NCBI GenBank assembly: GCA_002269645.1
Contig: NIVC01001229.1
Span: 1-30,197, forward strand
Source of the DNA: Macrostomum lignano
Taxonomy: Eukaryota
Direction: 5' to 3'
Length of the DNA: 30,197 nt
Shown here: positions 1 through 16,137 of the stretch, piece after piece
Numbering within the stretch: the first letter of the stretch is position 1
Layout of the letters: the number at the start of each line of letters is the position of its first letter
The notes under the pieces: model-generated
What the model was told of the DNA's origin: nothing
Databases searched by the model: none
The model's input: only the letters and a program-made list of their open reading frames with translations
Made by a program: the position numbers and the translations under genes

Positions 1-51
1 TGAGCCGTGACGCACAAAAAATCACGTGTCTAACATTGCTGAATCCCGCAG

Positions 52-5240
<5,189 letters not shown>

Positions 5241-5427
5241 AGACTTGATAATGAATAATTTGAATACGAGACACTTTCAAGTATATTTGGAAAGCAAATT
5301 TAAGGCTCAGTTTCGCCCACAGATACTAAAATGACTAGTTTGGCCACTCAGGTACATTTATATTTAGTAAAACAGCTTTCTACTTTCAGTTCAGTAGCAA
5401 AGAAGAATACATAAGCTATTTTATAAA

Positions 5428-5433
5428 AATAAA
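5428..5433 (+). terminator. Candidate polyadenylation signal AATAAA for the cyclase gene (second copy at 5638-5643)
   Basis: Hexamer about 190 nt after the predicted stop; position only, no transcript data. Confidence 0.35.
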
Positions 5434-6478
5434 GGCGGCTGAAATGATTTTGATAAGTTTAGAACCCCAAGCTTTCAGGCGTAAACAGCTTGCTAATTGG
5501 TTCAGCAATAATGTACATTAGCCAGTCCACTGAAATGTACATGGCAGTTCCGAGAAAGGCAATTAAAATTGGGGCGGAGCGGGGGGGTCAGTGTGGAAAG
5601 GCGCGGTTAGAGGGTTTAAGCTGGGGGGATAAGAGCCAATAAATGAGCCTTGGCTTTAAAATACATTAAAATGCTTCAGTTTAGCTCACTACTTAACTGA
5701 AAGTAGCTTTCACGCAAATGTGCTGAGTGGCCCATCTAGTTATTCTAGATCTTTGGTTTCGCCTGAAAAATGCATTAGCAAGATAAAAAGTTAATGTTAT
5801 TTCTACAGTTTAAATTTAATAATGCAATATTTTTGGCAGGGAATTTGAGCCTTCAAAACACATTTCCAAGAATTTTTTGAAGTGAGTGAGACGAACTTTG
5901 TCCGGATTTTTCTGGAAGACAAACTAGATGTAGACATTGTTGTGGAAGTTATTTTAACTCTTTGAGACCATACTGAATAGGAATTCGATTTGTTATGGGC
6001 CTGTTCGTGTAGGAAACAGATTTTTAGCTTAAAAATTTTAGCCTACCTTCTGCAGTAATTCGTAACTTTAGTAATTTTAGCTGTGCAAAACTGGTTTTCA
6101 ATTAGATTTTGAAGTCTAAATATTATCATTATTTTGCAACCCAAGTTTATCGCACTTCACAAGCTTGTTCTGCACTTTACACTTGCTAATTAGGCTGCTC
6201 AGATCTGCCGCACTACATATATCATACATACTGAACTGACACTAAATATAATATAAATTAGTTTCATAGTGTGCAATACAATTGATAAAAACACAATGCA
6301 CACTACCGATATTATAAGCTTCAAAAGTAACTGTATTTTGCTTGTTTACGTTAATTAATTTTTCCCTAATTTACCCCATGACTTGGTGAGTACATGTACG
6401 TGGCGAATATGGTAGAGTAGAGTAGTTAGCAGATACGGTAGAAAATGGGTAGCAGATGTGGTAGAGTAGAGAAGAAGG

Positions 6479-6814
6479 TAGCGGATCTGGTAGAGTAGAG
6501 AGTAGGTAGCGGATCTGGTAGAGTAGAGAGTAGGTAGCGGATCTGGTAGAGTAGAGAGTAGGTAGCGGATCTGGTAGAGTAGAGAGTAGGTAGCGGATCT
6601 GGTAGAGTAGAGAGTAGGTAGCGGATCTGGTAGAGTAGAGAGTAGGTAGCGGATCTGGTAGAGTAGAGAGTAGGTAGCGGATCTGGTAGAGTAGAGAGTA
6701 GGTAGCGGATCTGGTAGAGTAGAGAGTAGGTAGCGGATCTGGTAGAGTAGAGAGTAGGTAGCGGATCTGGTAGAGTAGAGAGTAGGTAGCGGATCTGGTA
6801 GAGTAGAGAGTAGG
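6479..6814. repeat. 28-nt minisatellite TAGCGGATCTGGTAGAGTAGAGAGTAGG, 12 perfect copies plus degenerate flanks (about 6415-6840)
   Basis: Directly visible; lies between the 3' ends of the two convergent genes. Confidence 0.97.
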
Positions 6815-7057
6815 TAGCGGAGCTGGTAGAGTGGAGGGCAAGTAGCAGATAATGGTAGAGTACGAGCTAGGGAGTAGATAGATAGCGATTGCAGTAGATA
6901 AGTCTCAGAAGCAGACATGACAAACTAGAAAAGAGATGGATAGCAGAGTCAAGAAGGGTAAAAATTCACAAAGTCTACAAAATTACCGTGACGGAAATCT
7001 CAATTAGTAAATATATAACATGTACTATAAGAACATTATTAAAAGTACAAGCATATA

Positions 7058-7063
7058 TTTATT
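7058..7063 (-). terminator. Candidate polyadenylation signal (AATAAA on - strand) for PRP38B
   Basis: TTTATT on + strand, about 320 nt after the PRP38B stop. Confidence 0.35.
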
Positions 7064-7381
7064 TGACACCACAAAGCTGACTTGTTAAACGTACAAATAA
7101 CGATGCATGTAAGGTATTGATTAGTTACTAAATATAGTTATGAACTGTATGCGATAGAGAAACTATAAAGTAGCAGAATTACATATAAATTATTACTGCT
7201 TATTACTGGAATATCAGACAGTAAGACGCATACAGAGCCTCACAACAATTATATTTTAAGCACACTGAGAGCTGCCAAAACTGCACTGAACGATAATTTG
7301 TTATTGATGTATCATTTTACTAAGGACAGCCAGAATATTACAACGGGCACGAAAAAATGCTTAAAGTTGTGCCATTGTAAA

Positions 7382-7730
7382 TCATCTATCCCGCCTGTCA
7401 CGGTCTTTGTCTCGATGCCGATGATGCTCTTTGTTGCTGCTGTGCTTTCGATGCCTGTCCTCTCTATCCCGGTCGCGATCCCGGTCTCTGTCCCGGTCCC
7501 GATCACGGTCACGGTCCCGATCACGGTCCCGATCACGGTCCCGATCATGGTCACGGCCACGATCACGGTCTCGGTCCCGATCACGGACACGGTCCCGATC
7601 ATGGTCACGGTCCCGAACACGGTCTCGATCACGTGCCCGGTCACGGTCTCGAGAATCGCACGACTTGCTGTGACGCTGCTCGCGGTCCCGATCCCGGGAA
7701 TGCGATCTAAGACGGGATCTGGATCTCGAT
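7382..7730 (-). CDS. PRPF38B: PRP38B last exon, RS/RD dipeptide-repeat tail
   Basis: Acceptor atattgcag|A; reads [18 protein letters not shown]...(RD)n...RDR*, TGA at 7384-7382. Confidence 0.9.
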
Positions 7731-9781
7731 CTGCAATATTGGTGATAAACAGGGATTGATTGACCAGTATTCTCTCCTAACATCTCTCTTCACTCTCTAC
7801 CTGCATCTCTCTCTTCATTCTCTACCTGCATCTCTCTATTTCATTCTCCATCTGCATCTCTCTCTCTTCATTCTCTACCTGCATCTCTCTTCATTCTCTA
7901 CCTGCATCTCTCTTCATTCTCTACCTGCATCTCTCTCTCATTCTCTACCTGCATCTCTCTCTTCATTCTCTACCTGCATCTCTCTATTTTCATTCTCCAT
8001 CTGCATCTCTCTCTCATTCTCTACCTGCATCTCTCTTCATTCTCTACCTGCATCTCTCTTCATTCTCTACCTGCATCTCTCTCTTCATTCTCTACCTGCA
8101 TCTCTCTCTCTTTTCATTCTCTACCTGCATCTCTCTTCATTCTCTACCTGCATCTCTCTTCATTCTCTACCTGCATCTCTCTTCATTCTCTACCTGCATC
8201 TCTCTCTTCATTCTCTACCTGCATCTCTCTCTTTTCATTCTCTACCTGCATCTCTCTTCATTCTCTACCTGCATCTCTCTTCATTCTCTACCTGCATCTC
8301 TCTTCATTCTCTACCTGCATCTCTCTCTTCATTCTCTACCTGCATCTCTCTCTCTTCATTCTCTACCTGCATCTCTCTTCATTCTCTACCTGCATCTCTC
8401 TTCATTCTCTACCTGCATCTCTCTCTCATTCTCTACCTGCATCTCTCTCTCTTTCATTCTCTACCTGCATCTCTCTTCATTCTCTACCTGCATCTCTCTT
8501 CATTCTCTACCTGCATCTCTCTTCATTCTCTACCTGCATCTCTCTATTTTCATTCTCCATCTGCATCTCTCTCTTTTCATTCTCTACCTGCATCTCTCTT
8601 CATTCTCTACCTGCATCTCTCTTCATTCTCTACCTGCATCTCTCTATTTTCATTCTCCATTTGCATCTCTCTCTTTTCATTCTCTACCTGCATCTCTCTT
8701 CATTCTCTACCTGCATCTCTCTTCATTCTCTACCTGCATCTCTCTTCATTCTCTACCTGCATCTCTCTTCATTCTCTACCTGCATCTCTCTTCATTCTCT
8801 ACCTGCATCTCTCTTCATTCTCTACCTGCATCTCTCTTCATTCTCTACCTGCATCTCTCTATTTTCATTCTCCATCTGCATCTCTCTCTTTTCATTCTCT
8901 ACCTGCATCTCTCTTCATTCTCTACCTGCATCTCTCTTCATTCTCTACCTGCATCTCTCTATTTTCATTCTCCATTTGCATCTCTCTCTTTCATTCTCTA
9001 CCTGCATCTCTCTTCATTCTCTACCTGCATCTCTCTTCATTCTCTACCTGCATCTCTCTTCATTCTCTACCTGCATCTCTCTTCATTCTCTACCTGCATC
9101 TCTCTTCATTCTCTACCTGCATCTCTCTTCATTCTCTACCTGCATCTCTCTTCATTCTCTACCTGCATCTCTCTTCATTCTCTACCTGCATCTCTCTTCA
9201 TTCTCTACCTGCATCTCTCTCTTTTCATTCTCTACCTGCATCTCTCTTCATTCTCTACCTGCATCTCTCTCTCATTCTCTACCTGCATCTCTCTTCATTC
9301 TCTACCTGCATCTCTCTCTTCATTCTCTACCTGCATCTCTCTCTCATTCTCTACCTGCATCTCTCTCTCTTCATTCTCTACCTGCATCTCTCTTCATTCT
9401 CTACCTGCATCTCTCTCCTTTCATCGCTACCTTAATCACGGATTTCTTCGCTACCTTAACCTAAATCCCTTCTTTCGTACACCTCGGCCTATAAAAATTA
9501 GCTGCACAGAACCAGCAGGCAATCCGATTCTCGCGAACCTGTCGCTCATTTTGACAGCCGCTCGTGCGGGGCCGTCCGCCTCCCTGCCGCGCTGTCTCTG
9601 CAGCTGCGCGGCTCTGTCCTGCAGTTTAGCCCGGATGTCTTTCTCGATTGGCACCGGGATGCGCGGGAACAGAGTGGAATACCAGTCTAGCTGGGTGAGG
9701 AACTGGCGCAGCATCTCACCGATGGTGATGAGGCAGCCGCCCCCGCCTTCACGTCCAGCTCCTGTGGATAGGCAGAGAGAT

Positions 9782-9819
<38 letters not shown>

Positions 9820-9877
9820 GGATAGATAGATAGATAGATAGATAGATAGGTAGATAGATAGATAGGTAGATAGATAA

Positions 9878-9953
<76 letters not shown>

Positions 9954-12366
9954 GTAGATAGATAGATAGATAGATGGATAGATAGATAGATGGATAGATA
10001 GATAGACACAGACAGACAGACAGACAGGCAGACAGACAGACAGACAGACAGACACACACACACACAGACAAGTAAGTATGCGTCTGTCTGCTCAGATGAG
10101 TCGAAAGGATAAAACAGCATATAAAAACACGCACCGTTATGCATTACACAAAAGGAATAAGTAAAAACAGCAAACCGGTGCCAGTCAACTCACCAACACT
10201 CACCTCAGCGTCGTCAAAATAGGGCTCGTACCACTCCCAGAGCTCTTTGGGATCCAAGCAGTAGCGGATGTACATGAATCCCAGAGCGCGAATGAAAGGC
10301 GAGTCCGGATGGTCCAGCAGAGTCTGCAGCTGCTTTCTATTCAGCCGCAGGGTGAACAGCTTGTACAGCAGGCAGTAGGCGGTGCTCACCACGCCGCCGG
10401 CACCGACGCCTCGAACTTGGAGGCCGCCGCCGCTGGAGCCGCTTAGGCCGGTGGTTCGGCGAGTACCGCGCTCCCAGGGCTCCAGGTGGGACACCTGGGA
10501 AAGCCGGATATGGGGGTTGGAGGCGAAATCTTGTAGTTGCTTACGTGACGGCTTATTGAAAAACAATAAAAACCGATCGGCACCTGTTAAATTGGAATGG
10601 AGACGTTCTAAATGAGATGTAGAATAGTTAGGTGTGGGATTGAATGGTAGGCTGTGAGATTGAATGGTAGGCTGGGAGATTGAATGGTAGGCTGGGAGAT
10701 TGAATGGTAGGCTGTGAGATTGAATGGTAGGCTGTGAGATTGAAGGGTAGGCTGTGAGATTGAATGGTAGGCTGTGAGATTGAATGGTAGGCAATGAGAT
10801 TAAATGGTACGCAATGAGATTGAATGGTAGGCAATGAGATTGAATGGTAGGCAATGAGATTGAATGGTAGGCTGGGAGATTGAATGGTAGGCTGTGAGAT
10901 GGAATGGTAGGCTGTGAGATTGAATGGTAGGCTGTGAGATTGAATGGTAGGCTGTGAGATTGAATGGTAGGCTGTGAGATTGAATGGTAGGCTGTGAGAT
11001 TGAATGGTAGGCTGGGAGATTGAATGGTAGGCTGGAGATTGAATGGTAGGCTGTGAGATTGAATGGTAGGCTGTGAGATTGAATGGTAGGCTGTGAGATT
11101 GAATGGTAGGCTGTGAGATTGAATGGTAGGCTGTGAGATTGAATGGTAGGCTGTGAGATTGAATGGTAGGCTGTGAGATTGAATGGTAGGCTGTGAGATT
11201 GAATGGTAGGCTGTGAGATTGAATGGTAGGCTGTGAGATTGAATGGTAGGCTGTGAGATTGAATGGTAGGCAATGAGATTGAATGGTACAATGAGATTGA
11301 ATGGTACAATGAGATTGAATGGTAGGCAATGAGATTGAATGGTAGGCAATGAGATTGAATGGTAGGCTGAGATTGAATGGTAGGCTGTGAGATTGAATGG
11401 TAGGCTGTGAGATTGAATGGTAGGCTGTGAGATTGAATGGTAGGCTGTGAGATTGAATGGTAGGCTGTGAGATTGAATGGTAGGCTGAGATTGAATGGTA
11501 GGCAATGAGATTGAATGGTAGGCAATGAGATTGAATGGTAGGCAATGAGATTGAATGGTAGGCAATGAGATTGAATGGTAGGCTGAGATTGAATGGTAGG
11601 CTGTGAGATTGAATGGTAGGCTGGGAGATCGAATGGTAGGCTGTGAGATGAATGGTAGGCAATGAGATTGAATGGTAGGCAATGAGATTGAATGGTAGGC
11701 AATGAGATTGAATGGTAGGCAATGAGATTGAATGGTAGGCTGGGAGATCGAATGGTAGGCTGAGATTGAATGGTAGGCTGTGAGATTGAATGGTAGGCTG
11801 AAATTTAGTACTCACAAGTGTTCTGAAATGTGGCAATATTATTTGATAATTCAACTGTCCATCGCATATTTCATTAGCCTGGACAGTTTTGTACTTATAC
11901 AATTAAATTTCAAAACCTGCAAAATCTCACCCTCGATTAGATCAATGATGATTTATCCAATACCAAACAGCTCACGACCAGTGACCAGGACTGGCAAGAC
12001 AGTCTCAGATATCTGCTTTGTCTGATGCAGTGAAAACTTCGTAATATATTCAAGATTGCATAACATTTTGCAGGTCAAAAGAGTCACTTAATGAGTCAGA
12101 ACTCACCTTAAAGTAAATTGCGTCGACAACTTCGTGAAATGTTTTCACCTCGGCTAGCTCATATTTAAAATATGGCGACTGTTTAATATTAGTGAGCACC
12201 ATTGAGTTCAAGTTCATTGATTCTCGATTGCCCCACAGTTGTAAATTGTTTGACTTGTGATGAGCTGGATGGTGACCGCCAAAACCCGTGAGGTCAGGCA
12301 GGCCAGCTGCTGCTGCTGCTGGTAAAGAGTTGTCATCTAGGGGGAGGGGGGTTATTGCAGTGTCAT
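7382..12366 (-). CDS. PRPF38B: Pre-mRNA splicing factor 38B; exons (-) about 12366-12107, 10494-10204, 9761-9539, 7730-7382
   Basis: Spliced translation: [46 protein letters not shown]|[14 protein letters not shown]...[29 protein letters not shown]...[15 protein letters not shown]...DDAE|[38 protein letters not shown], then an RS/RD-rich tail. This is the recognisable PRP38B architecture. Confidence 0.95.
7781..9415. repeat. Intronic minisatellite, about 23-27-nt unit CTCTCTTCATTCTCTACCTGCAT (roughly 65-70 copies)
   Basis: Directly visible; unit length varies by CT dinucleotides. Confidence 0.98.
9539..9761 (-). CDS. PRPF38B: PRP38B exon 3, one -1 frameshift at about 9740-9744; 3' boundary tentative
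   Basis: Acceptor atccacag|GAG; reads ELDVKAG / [11 protein letters not shown]...[17 protein letters not shown]. Phase-2 donor AG|gttcgc fits the next exon, but other phase-2 donors exist near 9450-9460. Confidence 0.85.
9779..10069. repeat. Compound microsatellite (GATA)n-(GACA)n-(CA)n in PRP38B intron 2
   Basis: Directly visible. Confidence 0.98.
10204..10494 (-). CDS. PRPF38B: PRP38B exon 2 (core PRP38 domain)
   Basis: Acceptor tttcccag|GTG and donor GAG|gtgagt; 291 nt, phase 0/0. Confidence 0.97.
10636..11800. repeat. Intronic minisatellite, 20-nt unit GAGATTGAATGGTAGGCTGT (variants ...GCAAT, ...GCTGG), roughly 55-60 copies
   Basis: Directly visible in PRP38B intron 1. Confidence 0.98.
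12107..12366 (-). CDS. PRPF38B: PRP38B first coding exon (5' boundary uncertain: ATG at 12366 with a -1 shift, or splice acceptor at 12337)
   Basis: Reads [47 protein letters not shown]...IYFK; donor AAG|gtgagt at 12107/12106; absent from the ORF track. Confidence 0.88.
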
Positions 12367-14584
12367 TTTAACTTTATATACACAAACTGCATTCCAAGGT
12401 TGTGAGTTTATTGGGCTGATTTTATAGTATTATGTAAATTTTGTATTTAGACTATGAAGTTATAGTTTTAAAAAATGACTAGACTTTTACTGAAATTTGT
12501 ATAAATTAGATAGAACTATATAAGAATTAAAAATATAAATAAAATGATTATGCTTGACAATCATCTACTATTTTCAACTATCAAAGTTAAAATAAATACT
12601 TTTATTCTTGTATATAAAAAATCTATTTATTGATAATAAAAATTATTAGATTGATAGCCTAAAAATCAGGCCTTTTCAATACTATATAAAAAAAGTAAAT
12701 ATAGGCATAAAACTGAAGATATTTCAACAAGGCTAACCTATATTAAAATGATTTTAAAATAATTCTTTAATATTAATACTAAAAAATAGAGACAAATTCG
12801 TAAAGCTAAGATTTACAACTGATTTAATTATAAAGTTTATATAATTAAATTGTAACAAACAAAGTGAGGGCACTGTGCCATGCCAAAACAAAATCTTATT
12901 TAAGTAGGCTTTCACACTAAGTAAGCATAATCTAGTCAGTCAAGACAAGGCATATTCTAGTCAAGAAAAGTCAATATAGGTTAGAAGTATTCAATTTTGT
13001 TTTCATGATTCTAACCTGTATTAATTTTTCTTGACTGGTAATTTAAGTCCTATAATACTTTTTTTGCTTTTGTCCATATGCTAAAAATGAAAATAACATA
13101 CTATTTTCTATTTATGCCTACCTATAAAAAAGATCTAATTGACTAGCAACAAAGCATTTTCTAGACAATTGCACAACAAGTGAGTCGAACATTGACAATG
13201 ACAAAGATAAATGTGTAAATCCTAGCAAAATTCAAAATCAAAATGTTCCATCAGTAAACTTATATTCTATCCTAGGGTTGAGAGCCTTGGTCATAGAAAG
13301 CAAGCCTAATACTTTAAACAATGAATCAAAGTAAGATGAAGTAGAAGCTTATGAATCAGAAAGACAAGCTTATCTGCTAGTAGTTTATCATGTCATTTAG
13401 ATTTAAGTTCCTCAAGTGTTTCTAATGATTATAGTGTATCACTTTGATTAGTAACATTTTTACTTCCTACTGTAAGTATTATGCAAATGGTTGACCATTA
13501 TTTTCATAAAAATGGGTCTTCCAAAGTGCCACTCTAGATGTCAAGGGTGTCTAAAAATCTATGTAGCACCTGTCAACCTTAACCTGTTTAAACAATAATG
13601 TGACAAGAGTTAGTAAAAAGTTGTAGCAAACAACTCTCTAACTTAGCAAAAAAGTCATCCAAGAATCATTGTGCTGATGCTTAACTTTCTATAAGTTAAG
13701 TTGTAGAAAGCTACTCATACTAACTTAGTAAGCTAGTTAGAGTGCAATTAGAGTTAAATAGGCTAAAGCTATGTCTATTACAGTTTAAGAAACCCCTTTA
13801 CTCACTCTTGCAGCTTTAAATGTTGAGACAGGTTTTGTACCAACTGTCATTGGTCAAAGGCTGACGTTGGACAGTCTATTAACTGGAATATGGTTTATAC
13901 AGTGCAGGGAAGTGTGTTACAGAGAAGATTTTGTGACTTCTATTTGCTTCTTAATAAATTGTCATTCTGTTAGCAATAATTGTAGGTGTCTGATATATTG
14001 TGATTTAACATTTGGTGGGTTTTAAAATGTTCTTGTAGACACACTATAGGTGAATATATATATTATTATTGTAGAATATATATATATATTGTAGAAAAGT
14101 GAATAGTGTAAAAATGTTTGAATTTTTGTGTGATGTATAGGATATAGCATATACCTTAACTCCAGCTTCTGAATGCCTTCAATGTTTGCTTTTGCATGTA
14201 AAAGACTTAATTTCAAGAGAAATTAAATGCAAACTTAGAAATGAGCCATTTGCTTCAAAATGTTTTATAACTACAGTTAGCCAGTTTGGCAACTGCCAGC
14301 ACTCCAGGTGCTTTTTAATCCTGATTGGTTTTACTTTTTTCTTGTGTTGTTCATATTATCATATGAAGGCTTTGTTGCATGTGTACATCTGATTCTGCTG
14401 CTTGATTTGTCTACACCATTTTAACTAGGGAAGTGAGACAAGTTCCTTAGATGGATTGCAAATAGTTGATAAATAATAGTTGGCTATAGCCTAAATGGTG
14501 GGAGATATGTAATTAGGACAGCAATACTACTGCATAGCTGCTTTTTGCAGCTATAATAGGTACCCATGGATTGACATAATGAGC

Positions 14585-14940
14585 AAAAGAGGAGGACATG
14601 ATGGAGGACAAGGCACCCAAGGTTGTGATACCTTATCTGGAGGACTTGCAGGAAGAGTTTAAGGAGCAACAGTAGCTAGTAGTTGAGCAGCTGCAAGTGA
14701 ACCTGCATCAGCAGCAGCAATTACTGCAGCCACATAATGTACACAACCCCAGCATGTAGCAGCAGCAAGACAGGCTTGCTGCATTAGACCGGCTGCCTGG
14801 GGAGCAACAGCGGCTGTTGGAGCAACAGCAACAGCTACTAGCAGGTGGGCATGCAGAGACAGCAGGTGTTGGAGCTTCAAATGCAGCAACAAGATGCAAC
14901 AGAAGATGATCAAGAGGAAGAGAATAATGATGATGAACTG
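14585..14940 (+). pseudogene. Decayed Q/E-rich coiled-coil coding fragment of unknown origin
   Basis: Reads EDMMEDKAPKVVIPYLEDLQEEFKEQQ*LVVEQLQVNLHQQQQLL...M*QQQDRLAALDRLPGEQQRLLEQQQQLL, then a shift to QRQQVLELQMQQQDATEDDQEEENNDDEL. TAG stops sit inside Q runs. Confidence 0.5.
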
Positions 14941-15462
14941 GGCAAATATTTTTTTAGACTGCCCTTGCTCCTATATTGTTGCAATCCTCCACCATCTCTG
15001 CCTCTTTCCCCACCCCCTCCTACACTAGTGCACATGCCACAGTGGGGTTAAGTAATTACTTGTATATTTAAAACACAATTTGTATGTTTATGTCTATCAT
15101 TGAGTGTAGATGTCTGTTTGGGTTGTTCCTACTATATAGTATCCTGTTGAGGTCCTGTTGAGGTTGGTATAGTGTATGTTGTATAGGCATACATGTATGT
15201 AGCGACATTGACACTATTATACATTTTTCACCTGCATATTTGACTTATAGTATGGTAAATTAACATGAGTGGTGACATAAATTGGTCTACTTTGTTTAAC
15301 GATGTCCTAACAGCCTCAGCTTTAGCCATCGGGATTCCTAGTTACTACGAAGACAAGGTGAACAACCTGGTTCTCACCCTTGCCCAGCCTTTTTTAAACA
15401 ATGAAGAGCCAGCTCCAAATCCCATTAACTGATCTGCCTTTCTAGATAGCATACTCCAAATA

Positions 15463-15509
15463 TCATGTACTCCAAATATCATGTACTCCAAATATCACAA
15501 TATACTAAA
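15463..15509. repeat. Short tandem repeat, 16-nt unit TACTCCAAATATCATG, about 3 copies
   Basis: Directly visible. Confidence 0.8.
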
Positions 15510-16137
15510 TCATGTACTATAAATGAGGAATAACTGCTACATCCATTCATGAGTGTACATGTATATAGATGTATATATGATGCTGGTGGATGCCAGGGTG
15601 ATATGGTCAGTGTTAGTACCACTGGGTACTAGGACCACTAGAATAATGTAGATTTAACAGGAATTAAAGCTTTAACAATGCAAGTACATACATAAACGAG
15701 TGAGCCCTCAAAAATGTGCAACAATTTTGAGTGTTATCTCCTGATTCAACTAAGTTATAGTGGTCCTTGATCCCCACTTTAAGATTGCAAGTATACAGCT
15801 GTGTATGCACATTTCTGGACTGCATGTGGATTTTTTAATTCTTATGTATTGTTGTCTTAATTATTTTTGTAACTGTTTGAGTCAATATAACTAGTAGTTG
15901 TTATACAAACACTGGAAGTTTAGAGTAGGAGTCTATTTATTTATCCAAAAATGTCTATAGCACTATTATAGCTGACAAGGAGGGATTCATGCTTTACTAA
16001 GTAGTATGCTACTAAATCATGGATTTTCATGTTTTAAAAGGCCATGTCCCAATTCAGTAATGGACTCTACCTTTATAGTTTACCTGCATCATTTGATTGA
16101 TTCATTGAATTTTTCACTATAACCACTTTGCAGTGCA

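Noticed and set aside
7298-7759. Plus-strand V/P/I/T-rich and SR-rich ORFs, and the minus-strand 7312-7644 ORF
   Set aside because: Alternative-frame shadows of the 6/12-nt repeat that encodes the PRP38B RD tail.
6415-11800. Shared GGTAG core among three minisatellites as a common origin or fold-back structure
   Set aside because: The match is only 5-7 nt and the rest of the units are unrelated.
6355-11902. Long ORFs in the track (6355-6918, 7756-9435, 8661-9464, most of 9451-10144, 10144-11902)
   Set aside because: They are translations of tandem repeats lacking stop codons; only the embedded PRP38B exons are real.
13543-13553. AAGGGTGTCTA as the left TIR of transposon copy 1
   Set aside because: Only 9/11 match, no similarity beyond it, and 2.6 kb from the ORF; could be chance.
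15300-15430. Short open frame DVLTASALAIGIPSYYEDKVNNLVLTLAQPFLNNEEPAPNPIN*
   Set aside because: Coding-like but unrecognisable and without clear splice boundaries.
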